A stretch of 64,000 bases of DNA from an uncultured Ruminococcus sp. GTDB taxonomy: Bacteria; Bacillota; Clostridia; Oscillospirales; Acutalibacteraceae. Of this stretch, positions 6,809 to 15,605 are shown piece after piece (the stretch's first letter is position 1; each line of letters opens with the position of its first letter). Below the pieces are notes generated by a model, which ran no database searches, was not told the DNA's origin, and was given only the letters and a program-made list of their open reading frames with translations. A program made the translations under genes and the position numbers. Location of the stretch: NCBI GenBank assembly GCA_910585865.1, contig CAJUGO010000003.1:32924-96923 (forward strand), written 5' to 3'.

Positions 6809-9748
6809 ATGAAAAGCGCAAAGAAAATTGTAAGCGTTTTTTTATCGGTAATGATGGTTGTAACTTGCATATCAGTATCATTTACCGTGAATGCTTCAAC
6901 GGGTAATTTGTGTAGTAAATACTATGCAACGAATCCGCAAAATAAGGTGGGTATTAAAAAAACAATCACCATTGACGGTGATGCAAGTGACTGGTCAGAG
7001 GACATGTTGATTGCTCAGGGGGCAGCATGGGATGTTGCAAATCACTATAAGGGCGGTCACGAAAACTGTGTACTTGATACATATGCATTATTTGCAACTT
7101 GGGACAACAATAACCTTTATGTTGGCTGGCAAATGGTAAATACCACTGATACATGGGCTCGTTCAGGTGATGGTCCGCTTTCTGACGGAGGACGTGTACT
7201 GGATGTTCCGCTGATCCTTGCTCTCAGCGTTGACCCTACAAGCACATCTATGTCGAATAAAAATACAAACGGAGGTCCAATTTGGGGACAGAAGATGGGT
7301 CTTTCTTTTGATACTCATGTTGACCATTTGCTTTACATGAGCGGTAAGCCGGGTTTAGGCGAACCTGCTATGTTTACTGCAGTTGATGCAAAGGGCAACA
7401 CAGACTATAAAGCAGGCTGTCATACATTCAAGAGCACAGGAATTGAATATAAGATGGCAGAGACAAATATATGCTCTTCAATCTATGGTCTTAATTATTC
7501 TGAGGATCCTAATGATGTATACAATGAAGATGCGGATTGGTGTGACTATAAAACCTTTAAGGGTTCGGCAGGTACTCACAATACTAAATATGATTCATTC
7601 TATGAAATTAAGATTCCTCTATCTTCCCTTGGCATAGATGCTTCTTACGTTGAGAAATATGGAATCGGAGCAATGCTTGTTGCAACAAGAGGCGAATCAG
7701 GTCTTGACTGCATTCCTTTTGATGATACAATGCTTGATAATGCGCTTGGCTCATACTCAAATGATCCAAGTACATCAAAAGAAAAGGATGACGAGGATGT
7801 TATAACTTCCAAGTTCGCAAGAATCGGAAATATCGGCGGAGATATACCTGATACAAGGCCGGTGCCGCAGCCTACTACTCAGGTGACAACTACAAAGCCT
7901 GCACCTACAACAGCGCCTGCGACAACAAAACCAATTGGCGTTCAGCCTACAACAAAACCGGTACCGGTTTCCAATCTTACTGTTACTGCTACATCCAATA
8001 TCTTCCCCAAAAAGACAGCAACTGTAAGTCAAAGTGCCAAGACTGTTACTGTGAGTTATGACATGAAATCTGCTATGAAGCTTGTCAACGGTCAGTTAGC
8101 TCTTACTTATGATTCATCTGTTCTTAAATTTGACCCTGCAAAGAACAGAGATATTATGCCATATATATTTAACGAGACAACAAATCAAAAAAATAATGTT
8201 ATAATGGCGGCTTTTTCTGATGTAGTTAATCTTTATGATTTTACATCATCAAAGAATTTTGTAAATGTAACGTTTGATATTATATCCGGCGGAAATACTA
8301 CTGTTGACTTAAGGGTTGAAGAGTTGTCGGTTGGATATCACAGCAATAATATTCTTAATTATAAAAATGCAGTAGTAAACAGCAGTGTTATCGATCTTTC
8401 ACAAGTTCCGGGATTCACCGGTTCATCAATTTTGGGCACAACATCAATTGTATCTGATCAGGTTGCAACAACTGTAAAGCCTACAGTAGAGCCTACAACA
8501 CCAATACCAACTACACAGCCTACAACAGCTCCTGTTTCTGATAAATTGAATGTAAAAGCTAGTTCAAACTTTTTCCCGACAGCATCAAAGGTGTATGATA
8601 AAAACACAAATCAGCTTACTGTTACTTACAAATTAGGTTCTAACTTTAATGTAATTGACTCACAGTGGATTCTCAATTATGATGCTTCAAAGCTTTCTTA
8701 CAGTTCTTCAAATACCGCAAAAACTGTAATGCCTAATGTTTCAAATCCTATTATTAACCGTACCAAAACGGGTCAGGTTAAAGGTACTGTATCAAATACT
8801 TCACTTTTTGATTTTAACGATGAAAAAGAGTTTGTAACAGTAGTGTTTGATGTTATTGGTACAGGTACAGCAAATATAGATCTGAATATAGAATATCTTG
8901 GATTTGCCTACTATGATAATAATGAGAATATTCACAGAGCCTATGTTGTTGACAACGGAGAAGTAAAAAATATTAAGGAAATATCAGGATTCAGTACTGC
9001 AAAATATACTGTTGATACGGTATTTGATTACCAGGATTCAGATACTTTGAATGTCAATGCATCATCAAATTTCTTTAAATCTGCTTCAAAGACTCTTGAC
9101 AAAGATGCAAAAACAGTTACGATAGCATATAAACTCCAATCCTCAATGAGTCTGATAAATTCTGAATGGGTTATTAATTATGATCCTTCAAAGCTTGCAT
9201 TTGATCCGGCCAAGAATAAGGACGCAGCAGGTAAAAGAGTTTCCCTTATGCCAAGAATTGCTAACGATTATCTGAATACAGATAAAGAAGGCAAATTGAT
9301 TGGAAGCTTTACAAATATAAATCTATATGATTTTACAACAGAGGATGATTTTATAAAAGTTACATTTGATGTAATCGGTACAGGAAGCACGACTGTTGAT
9401 CTTAATGTACAATTCCTTGGTATAGGTTATTATAAGAGCAGCAGTGAGCTTAATGAAGATTACCTTGTTGAATATGGTAAAGTTAAAGATCTTTCTTCGA
9501 CTCCGGTATTTAAAGATGTAACATATAATACAAATACTGTTTTTGATCCTGATGATATAATCCTCTATGGCGATGTTAACGGTGACGGCCGTGTTAATAT
9601 TTTGGATGCAACATTGATTCAAAAGCATATTGCTGAACTTGAAAAGTTAAATGAAAAGCAAATGAAAATTGCTGATGTAAATCACGACGGCAATGTAAAT
9701 ATCCTTGATGTTACTGAAATTCAGAAAATAGCTGCTGAGCTTATATAA
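6809..9748 (+). CDS. Secreted scaffoldin-like protein: N-terminal putative carbohydrate-binding region, three cohesin-like modules, C-terminal dockerin
   Basis: Signal peptide 'MKSAKKIVSVFLSVMMVVTCISVSFTVNAS'. Pro/Thr linkers. Three paralogous ~165-aa modules. Duplicated Ca-binding dockerin repeat. AGGAGG RBS at 6792-6797. Confidence 0.75.
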   Translation: MKSAKKIVSVFLSVMMVVTCISVSFTVNASTGNLCSKYYATNPQNKVGIKKTITIDGDASDWSEDMLIAQGAAWDVANHYKGGHENCVLDTYALFATWDNNNLYVGWQMVNTTDTWARSGDGPLSDGGRVLDVPLILALSVDPTSTSMSNKNTNGGPIWGQKMGLSFDTHVDHLLYMSGKPGLGEPAMFTAVDAKGNTDYKAGCHTFKSTGIEYKMAETNICSSIYGLNYSEDPNDVYNEDADWCDYKTFKGSAGTHNTKYDSFYEIKIPLSSLGIDASYVEKYGIGAMLVATRGESGLDCIPFDDTMLDNALGSYSNDPSTSKEKDDEDVITSKFARIGNIGGDIPDTRPVPQPTTQVTTTKPAPTTAPATTKPIGVQPTTKPVPVSNLTVTATSNIFPKKTATVSQSAKTVTVSYDMKSAMKLVNGQLALTYDSSVLKFDPAKNRDIMPYIFNETTNQKNNVIMAAFSDVVNLYDFTSSKNFVNVTFDIISGGNTTVDLRVEELSVGYHSNNILNYKNAVVNSSVIDLSQVPGFTGSSILGTTSIVSDQVATTVKPTVEPTTPIPTTQPTTAPVSDKLNVKASSNFFPTASKVYDKNTNQLTVTYKLGSNFNVIDSQWILNYDASKLSYSSSNTAKTVMPNVSNPIINRTKTGQVKGTVSNTSLFDFNDEKEFVTVVFDVIGTGTANIDLNIEYLGFAYYDNNENIHRAYVVDNGEVKNIKEISGFSTAKYTVDTVFDYQDSDTLNVNASSNFFKSASKTLDKDAKTVTIAYKLQSSMSLINSEWVINYDPSKLAFDPAKNKDAAGKRVSLMPRIANDYLNTDKEGKLIGSFTNINLYDFTTEDDFIKVTFDVIGTGSTTVDLNVQFLGIGYYKSSSELNEDYLVEYGKVKDLSSTPVFKDVTYNTNTVFDPDDIILYGDVNGDGRVNILDATLIQKHIAELEKLNEKQMKIADVNHDGNVNILDVTEIQKIAAELI
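7970..8457 (+). other. Cohesin-like module 1
   Basis: 'GQLALTYDSSVLKFD' and 'FVNVTFDIISGGNTTVDLRVEEL' resemble the cohesin 'xFxxxYDPxxLE' and late beta-strand motifs. Preceded by a PT linker (about 7852-7969). Confidence 0.55.
8540..9040 (+). other. Cohesin-like module 2
   Basis: 'LNVKASSNFFPTASK...SQWILNYDASKLSY...FVTVVFDVIGTGTANIDLNIEYL'. Paralogous to modules 1 and 3. Confidence 0.55.
9047..9550 (+). other. Cohesin-like module 3
   Basis: 'LNVNASSNFFKSASK...SEWVINYDPSKLAFD...FIKVTFDVIGTGSTTVDLNVQFL'. Confidence 0.55.
9563..9745 (+). other. Dockerin (type I-like) module
   Basis: Two EF-hand-like repeats, 'GDVNGDGRVNILDATLIQKHI' and 'ADVNHDGNVNILDVTEIQKI'. Confidence 0.85.
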
Positions 9749-9785
9749 AATTTAATAAGAGGCAGTCTTCTGCTATTTTATATTA

Positions 9786-9820
9786 AATCCCGAATGTATT
9801 TCATTCGGGATTTTTTCTTT
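9786..9820 (+). terminator. Rho-independent terminator after the scaffoldin gene
   Basis: 11-bp stem aatcccgaatg / cattcgggatt followed by TTTTTT. Confidence 0.75.
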
Positions 9821-9825
9821 GTTTT

Positions 9826-9854
9826 GCATATTTGGAGTATTTCTATAATATATT
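9826..9854 (+). promoter_or_regulatory. Possible sigma-E-type sporulation promoter upstream of the SipL-like gene
   Basis: GCATATT, 14 nt, AATATATT, compared with the recalled sigma-E consensus kmATATT-14-CATACAmT. The -10 match is imperfect. Confidence 0.25.
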
Positions 9855-9885
9855 TTAGATATAAAATACAAAGGAGAGAAAAAAT

Positions 9886-11412
9886 ATGGAGTTTAATCAG
9901 GAGAACCGCTCGTATTGCACGCCGGTGGCAGTGCTTGACACGGTTGCCGAACAGCTTGCAGATGTTGATCTTACTCTGCCCGATTATTGTCCGGATATTG
10001 AAAAAATTTTAAAATGTACGCTTACCCCGAAAATACAGAGTAGAAGTCTTTCGGGAGGACAATTGCAGGTTGACGGATACTGTATCGTAAATGTTCTTTA
10101 TGTGGAAAGCATAAAAAGGACAATACGCTGCTGCGAGCAAAGCGTAAATTTTTCGCAGTGCTTCTCCGTTAAAGAAACACCCGATAATCCCGTGATAATT
10201 ACAAAGACAAAGTCAGAATACATAAATTGCCGAGCATTAAGTCCCCGAAGGCTGGTAATGCATGGTGCTTTTTCATTGTATGCTAAGGTGTTTGCTCAGT
10301 CAGCAGCAAATTTGTATAATCCGAGTAATGATGAATTTGAAACAAACAGGCAGACTGTGAGATGTGCGGACTTAAAATCATTTTGTCAGGAACAGTTCAG
10401 TGTTTGTGAAGAAATTTCAGTTTCAGATAAGCCTTCAATAGAAGCAATACTTCATTCCGATGTAAGTGTTGGAATAACAGATGCTAAAGCGGTTACGGGA
10501 AAGCTTATGCTTAACGGTGAAATTAATTTAAGAATGTTTTATCTTACTGATGTTGAATCGGGAGAAACAGGTAAAATAGATTATTTGCTTCCTTTCAATC
10601 AGATAATAGATTGTGAGGGAATTGATGAAAACACAATAAACTGTGTAAATTGCGATATAATGTCATATGATATTCGTCTTAAAAATGATATGCTTTCTGA
10701 AAAACCATCAGTAATAATTGATGTTAAACTTTGTGTTACGGAAGAAGGCTACATTGTTAATGAAGAGGAAGTTATAATTGATGCTTATTCAACTGCTTTT
10801 GCCTCTTTGCCTGAGTTTGAACAGATAAAAATTATAGGAGAAGCAACACCGATAAATGATTCACATATGGAAAAAGTTTCAGTAAAGGTTGACGACGGAA
10901 AAATTTCAAAGATACTTGATATTTATGTTGAGCAAATAACATCGGAAAGCAGTTTAAGTGATAAGGGGATGTGCATAAGCGGTAAAATGAATATTTGTAT
11001 GCTTGCGTTAAATGAAGAAAGCATGCCTGTATTTATAGAACGTTCAGCTGATTTTGAGCATGTTTTATCGACTCCCGATTGTAACAGTATAAAAATAGCA
11101 GGTATAAGAACGGCAAGCATAAGCTACAGATTATCTGATGACAATACAGTAGAAATAAGATGTGAGCTTAAAATAACAGCGTCTTCGTTTAGCGAAAACA
11201 AACTAACTGTTGTAAAAAATATAAATGTATTTGAAGATAAACCTATAAAGCCCGAAAGCTGTGCGCTGACCTTGTATTTTGCTAAAGAGGGTGAAAGTTT
11301 ATGGGATATAGCAAAATCACATAATACTCGTCTTGACATGCTCATTGCTGAGAATTCAGCTGAAAAACAGACTCTGGACTATCCTCAGATGCTGTTGATT
11401 CCAAGAATATAG
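9886..11412 (+). CDS. DUF3794 (SPOCS)-repeat protein with C-terminal LysM domain; SipL/SpoVID-like coat morphogenetic protein
   Basis: 508 aa. N-terminal 'LTLPDYCPDIEKILKC' DUF3794-type motif. C-terminal LysM 'YFAKEGESLWDIAKSHNTRLDMLIAENS...LLIP'. Sits 14 nt upstream of spoIVA. AAGGAGAG RBS. Confidence 0.65.
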   Translation: MEFNQENRSYCTPVAVLDTVAEQLADVDLTLPDYCPDIEKILKCTLTPKIQSRSLSGGQLQVDGYCIVNVLYVESIKRTIRCCEQSVNFSQCFSVKETPDNPVIITKTKSEYINCRALSPRRLVMHGAFSLYAKVFAQSAANLYNPSNDEFETNRQTVRCADLKSFCQEQFSVCEEISVSDKPSIEAILHSDVSVGITDAKAVTGKLMLNGEINLRMFYLTDVESGETGKIDYLLPFNQIIDCEGIDENTINCVNCDIMSYDIRLKNDMLSEKPSVIIDVKLCVTEEGYIVNEEEVIIDAYSTAFASLPEFEQIKIIGEATPINDSHMEKVSVKVDDGKISKILDIYVEQITSESSLSDKGMCISGKMNICMLALNEESMPVFIERSADFEHVLSTPDCNSIKIAGIRTASISYRLSDDNTVEIRCELKITASSFSENKLTVVKNINVFEDKPIKPESCALTLYFAKEGESLWDIAKSHNTRLDMLIAENSAEKQTLDYPQMLLIPRI

Positions 11413-11425
11413 GGAGGTAAAAAAG

Positions 11426-12904
11426 ATGGATGAAAGAAATGTGTATCAGGATATCTCTCAGCGTACAGACGGAGATGTATATATAGGTGTTGTAGGTCCT
11501 GTACGAACAGGTAAATCAACTTTCATTAAACGATTTATGGATTCTCTTGTATTGCCGAATATAAGGGATGAGAACATCTACAGAAGAACAGTCGACGAGC
11601 TGCCGCAGTCGTCTGCGGGACGAACAATTATGACTACAGAGCCAAAATTTATTCCTGAAGAATCTGTTGAGATTAATCTGGGTAACAATGCAACCTTTAA
11701 GGTAAGAATGATAGACTGTGTAGGATATATTGTAAACAGTGCTCTCGGTTACAGCGAGGAAGACCGTCCCAGAATGGTTAAGACACCGTGGTCTGATAAT
11801 GAGATTCCGTTTGATGACGCAGCAGAGATAGGTACAAAAAAAGTCATAACTGATCATTCAACCATAGGACTTGTTATAACTACCGACGGAACCATAAGTG
11901 ATATTCCACGGGAGGATTATATTGAGAGTGAACAGAGAGTAGTAAATGAACTTAAGGCAATAAACAAGCCTTTTATAATACTTCTCAATTCAATTGACCC
12001 GGAATCTGAGCAAACAGTAAAAACTGCCGATGAGATGTCTAAGGAATATCAGGTACCTGTTTTGCCGGTAAGCTGTATGGAATTGAGTGAAAATGAGATA
12101 AAGCGTATTCTTGCGCAGCTTCTTTTTGAATTTCCTATACGTGAAATCAAGGTTGACATACCAAAGTGGGTTGTAAAACTTGATAAGGATCACTGGCTTA
12201 AATCAGTTGTTTTTGATGCAATTAAAAACGGAGCAAAAAAAATTGAAAAAATACGTCAGATTCAACAAACAATACAGGAGTTTTCTCAATGCGAATATAT
12301 AAATGACGCTCAACTGACAAATCTTGATCTTGGAAGAGGTTATGCAACTATATCTGTTGCTATTGATCAGAGTCTGTTCTATAAGGTACTGTCGGAAGAA
12401 ACAGATTTAACAATAACAGGAGAATGTGAGCTTCTTGAGTGTATTAAGAGATTGTCAAAAAAGCAGCAGGAGTTTGACAAGATTGCTCAGGCATATGAAC
12501 AGGTTAAGGAAACAGGCTACGGTATTGTAATGCCTACTATTGATGAGCTTACGCTTGATGAGCCGCAAATAATTAAGCAGAGCGGAAAGTATGGTATTCG
12601 TCTCAAAGCCAGCGCACCGTCAATTCATATGATGAAGGTATCAACTCAAACAGAGGTAACTCCCATTGTCGGTTCAGAACAGCAGTCGGAAGAACTCGTA
12701 TCATATTTGCTGAAAGAATTTGAGGAAAGTCCGGAAAAAATATGGGAGAGTAACATTTTCGGAAAATCGGTTCATGAACTTGTTAATGAAGGGCTCCATA
12801 ACAAACTTTACAGAATGCCTGCTGACGCACGAAGAAGGATAGGAGAGACCATTGAAAAAATAATAAATGACGGCTGTAACGGCTTAATATGTATTATCCT
12901 TTAA
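11426..12904 (+). CDS. spoIVA: Stage IV sporulation protein A (coat-assembly ATPase)
   Basis: 492 aa. Walker A 'GVVGPVRTGKSTFIKRFM', 'TTEPKF', and a conserved C-terminus '...GCNGLICIIL'. Confidence 0.95.
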   Translation: MDERNVYQDISQRTDGDVYIGVVGPVRTGKSTFIKRFMDSLVLPNIRDENIYRRTVDELPQSSAGRTIMTTEPKFIPEESVEINLGNNATFKVRMIDCVGYIVNSALGYSEEDRPRMVKTPWSDNEIPFDDAAEIGTKKVITDHSTIGLVITTDGTISDIPREDYIESEQRVVNELKAINKPFIILLNSIDPESEQTVKTADEMSKEYQVPVLPVSCMELSENEIKRILAQLLFEFPIREIKVDIPKWVVKLDKDHWLKSVVFDAIKNGAKKIEKIRQIQQTIQEFSQCEYINDAQLTNLDLGRGYATISVAIDQSLFYKVLSEETDLTITGECELLECIKRLSKKQQEFDKIAQAYEQVKETGYGIVMPTIDELTLDEPQIIKQSGKYGIRLKASAPSIHMMKVSTQTEVTPIVGSEQQSEELVSYLLKEFEESPEKIWESNIFGKSVHELVNEGLHNKLYRMPADARRRIGETIEKIINDGCNGLICIIL

Positions 12905-12973
12905 TTGATTGTTAAATACAAATTATCTTTTGCAGTGTTGAAAAATTTAGTAAAATCAACAAAATAATATTCA

Positions 12974-13045
12974 CCCCATATTTGTTATTGAAAAAATTAC
13001 GGGAATAAAGTATAATATTCCTATATGTGATTAACAAATATGGGG
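12974..13045. repeat. 14-bp perfect inverted repeat (ccccatatttgtta / taacaaatatgggg) with a 44-nt spacer
   Basis: Read directly. Arms at 12974-12987 and 13032-13045. The right arm covers the GGGG of the RBS for the gene starting at 13054. Confidence 0.85.
12988..13016 (+). promoter_or_regulatory. Sigma-A-type promoter (TTGAAA, 17 nt, TATAAT)
   Basis: -35 at 12988-12993 and -10 at 13011-13016, with exactly 17 nt spacing. Lies inside the spacer of the inverted repeat. Confidence 0.45.
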
Positions 13046-13053
13046 GTTGTTTT

Positions 13054-13473
13054 ATGAATTTTTCCAATGTAACTTCATTGGCCCGTACAGCAGAGTTGTC
13101 ACTTGCTGAAAAAGGCATAACCTCGGCCAAGGTTGTTTTAACGGGTTTTGTTGTTGTATTTGCTATGCTGATTCTTCTGATTTTAATTATTAAGCTTTAT
13201 AGCTTTATTGTTGTGAAGGCACAGCAGGGCGGAACTAAAAAGAAAGAAAAACCGGCAGCAGTTCCCTTAACATCTGAATCCAAAAATGTTGTTCCGGCTG
13301 CTCCCGTATCGGATGATGGAGTTTCACAGGAAGTTGTTGCTGTTATTTCAGCTGCTGTTGCTTCAATGTATGGTTCTCCTGAAAAAGTAAAAATCAAGAG
13401 TATTAAAAAGTCAAATGGCGGACGTTCTGCATGGGCAAATGCCGGTATACTTGATAATACTCGCCCGTTTTAA
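13054..13473 (+). CDS. OadG-family gamma subunit of a Na+-translocating decarboxylase
   Basis: Single N-terminal TM 'VVLTGFVVVFAMLILLILIIKL' plus 'VVAVISAAVASMYG'. Immediately upstream of the beta subunit. Start moved to ATG 13054. Confidence 0.65.
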   Translation: MNFSNVTSLARTAELSLAEKGITSAKVVLTGFVVVFAMLILLILIIKLYSFIVVKAQQGGTKKKEKPAAVPLTSESKNVVPAAPVSDDGVSQEVVAVISAAVASMYGSPEKVKIKSIKKSNGGRSAWANAGILDNTRPF

Positions 13474-13502
13474 GGCACAATTTTAAGGGAAAGGATGTTA
13501 CT

Positions 13503-14738
13503 ATGGAAATTTTACAGGGTTTTGCAGATGCCGTAGGAGGTATTCTTGAGAGCTCCGGTCTGTTAACGCTTAATTGGCAGAATTATGTCATGATAGGTGT
13601 GTCTATTGTTTTGCTGTATCTTGCTATCAAAAAGCAGTATGAACCTCTTTTGCTTTTGCCAATTGCTTTTGGTATGCTTCTGGTAAATCTTTATCCGCAG
13701 ATTATGGCTGCTCCCAGTACAGAACTTCTTACAGAAGCGCAGTGCGCTGCTCAAAATGTTGCGACATCAGGTCATGCAACAACAGTTATTAACGGTATAA
13801 CTTATTATGAGAATCCGACATACGGAGGATTGTTGTACTATCTTTATCAGGGTGTTAAACTTGGTATTTATCCTCCGCTCATATTCCTTGGTATCGGCTG
13901 TATGACAGATTTTGGCCCTCTCATTGCAAATCCTAAGAGCCTTATTCTTGGTGCTGCAGCACAGATCGGTATTTTTGTTACTTTTACCGGTGCTATTTTC
14001 CTTGGTTTTACAGCTACAGAAGCGGGCGCCATCGGAATTATCGGCGGTGCTGACGGTCCTACGGCTATATATGTAACCACTAAGCTTGCACCGCATCTAC
14101 TTGGTTCAATTGCTATTGCGGCATACTCTTATATGGCGCTTGTTCCTATAATTCAGCCTCCTATTATGAAGTTGCTTACTACTAAAAAAGAACGTTCTGT
14201 TGTAATGGAACAGCTTCGTCCTGTATCGAAACTTGAAAAAATTATGTTCCCGGTAATTGTTGTAATTATTATTGCAATATTCCTGCCGGATGCAGCTCCT
14301 CTTGTAGGTATGCTCATGCTCGGTAATTTGTTTAAAGAATCAGGCGTTGTTGAAAGACTGGCAAAAACTGCACAGAATGAGCTTATGAATATAATTACGA
14401 TATTCCTTGGTACAACTGTCGGCGCTACTGCTTCCGGACAAAATTTTCTTACATTTGATACAATAAAAATTATTGTACTCGGTCTTATTGCTTTTTGTAT
14501 GGGCACTGCTTTTGGTATTCTTTTCGGCAAAATTATGTATAAGTTTACCGGCGGCAAGGTTAATCCTCTTATCGGTTCGGCAGGTGTATCAGCAGTACCG
14601 ATGGCAGCTCGTGTTTCACAGAAGGTTGGTCAGCAGGAGAATCCCGGAAACTTCCTTTTGATGCATGCTATGGGTCCGAATGTTGCTGGTGTTATAGGTT
14701 CAGCAGTTGCAGCGGGTGTTCTTCTTAATATTGTATAA
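13503..14738 (+). CDS. Na+-translocating decarboxylase beta subunit (OadB/GcdB/MmdB family)
   Basis: 411-aa polytopic membrane protein. Segments such as 'LLLLPIAFGMLLVNL', 'IIGGADGPTAIY' and 'IGSAGVSAVPMAARV' match my recollection of this family. Confidence 0.85.
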   Translation: MEILQGFADAVGGILESSGLLTLNWQNYVMIGVSIVLLYLAIKKQYEPLLLLPIAFGMLLVNLYPQIMAAPSTELLTEAQCAAQNVATSGHATTVINGITYYENPTYGGLLYYLYQGVKLGIYPPLIFLGIGCMTDFGPLIANPKSLILGAAAQIGIFVTFTGAIFLGFTATEAGAIGIIGGADGPTAIYVTTKLAPHLLGSIAIAAYSYMALVPIIQPPIMKLLTTKKERSVVMEQLRPVSKLEKIMFPVIVVIIIAIFLPDAAPLVGMLMLGNLFKESGVVERLAKTAQNELMNIITIFLGTTVGATASGQNFLTFDTIKIIVLGLIAFCMGTAFGILFGKIMYKFTGGKVNPLIGSAGVSAVPMAARVSQKVGQQENPGNFLLMHAMGPNVAGVIGSAVAAGVLLNIV

Positions 14739-14760
14739 TAAATAGTTTTATATAGTTTTT

Positions 14761-14792
14761 AAAGGAAGTCTATACAGGCTTCCTTTGTATTT
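14761..14792 (+). terminator. Probable terminator after the decarboxylase genes
   Basis: 10-bp stem aaaggaagtc / ggcttccttt (one G-U pair), 6-nt loop, weak T-tract. Confidence 0.4.
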
Positions 14793-14925
14793 CCAGCAAG
14801 TATTTTGTTTATATTTCATTATTCGAATTATAATAGGTACGATATACTATATAATAAATCAGAATTATGTTGATTTTGCAGTTTTTTGCAAATAAACATA
14901 TAATTGCATAAAAGGAGAATGAGAG

Positions 14926-15597
14926 ATGACAAAGAATGTTACCGTTCAAAAAATTATAGGCATTCTTTTACATAGAATGAAGTTCATTATTCTTTCAGCT
15001 ATCGTGATGGGATTATTATTTTTTATGTATTCCAAATTTATTGTGGCACCTATGTACAGCACTTCTTCTATGATTTACGTGCAAAACTACAATGCTTCAA
15101 AAAATGGCGTTGGTGTAAACGAGGAAAATCAGAAGATGTATTCATCTGATATTAATGCTTCATCGTCGCTGGCTAATATATGTGTTATCCTTTTTAAGAA
15201 TTCTGATGAAATGACTTCTCTTTATGACGGATGTAATGTTGATGTACAGGTTACAGACGGTACCTTTTTTATAACATTTTCTGTTAATGGAACCGATCCG
15301 CAAAAATGCGCAAACATTGCAAATCAACTTGCTGAAGAAGCACAAAATGTATTCTCAAATCGTTTTGCGTATGGAAAGATTGGTGTAATTCGTCAGGCTC
15401 AGGTTCCGGTTGCCCCATATTCTCCAAACAATATGAAAAATACTGGTCTGGGACTTATTATTGGTCTTGTAGCAGCTTGTATTATTTCAATTCTCCTTGA
15501 GCTTATAGATTCAACTATTAAAGCTGATGATGATATACAGGAGATGTATGGTATTTCTGTATTTGCCGAAATACCGGACTTTGAGAATCAAGGATAG
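14926..15597 (+). CDS. Wzz/CpsC-type polysaccharide chain-length determinant (BY-kinase transmembrane modulator)
   Basis: Two TM segments flank a periplasmic-type domain, with a Pro-rich 'VPVAPYSPN' before TM2. AAGGAG RBS. Directly upstream of the kinase gene. Confidence 0.8.
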   Translation: MTKNVTVQKIIGILLHRMKFIILSAIVMGLLFFMYSKFIVAPMYSTSSMIYVQNYNASKNGVGVNEENQKMYSSDINASSSLANICVILFKNSDEMTSLYDGCNVDVQVTDGTFFITFSVNGTDPQKCANIANQLAEEAQNVFSNRFAYGKIGVIRQAQVPVAPYSPNNMKNTGLGLIIGLVAACIISILLELIDSTIKADDDIQEMYGISVFAEIPDFENQG

Positions 15598-15605
15598 GTG
15601 TCATT

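Noticed and set aside
13767-14557. Minus-strand ORFs (109, 70 and 134 aa) inside the decarboxylase beta-subunit gene. Similar antisense ORFs occur inside spoIVA, recN, relA, the scaffoldin, the flippase (47223..47642) and the lysozyme gene (59306..59689).
   Set aside because: These are shadow ORFs opposite strongly supported genes. They have no RBS and odd composition (Cys/Arg/Ser-rich). None is independent of a better-supported overlapping gene.
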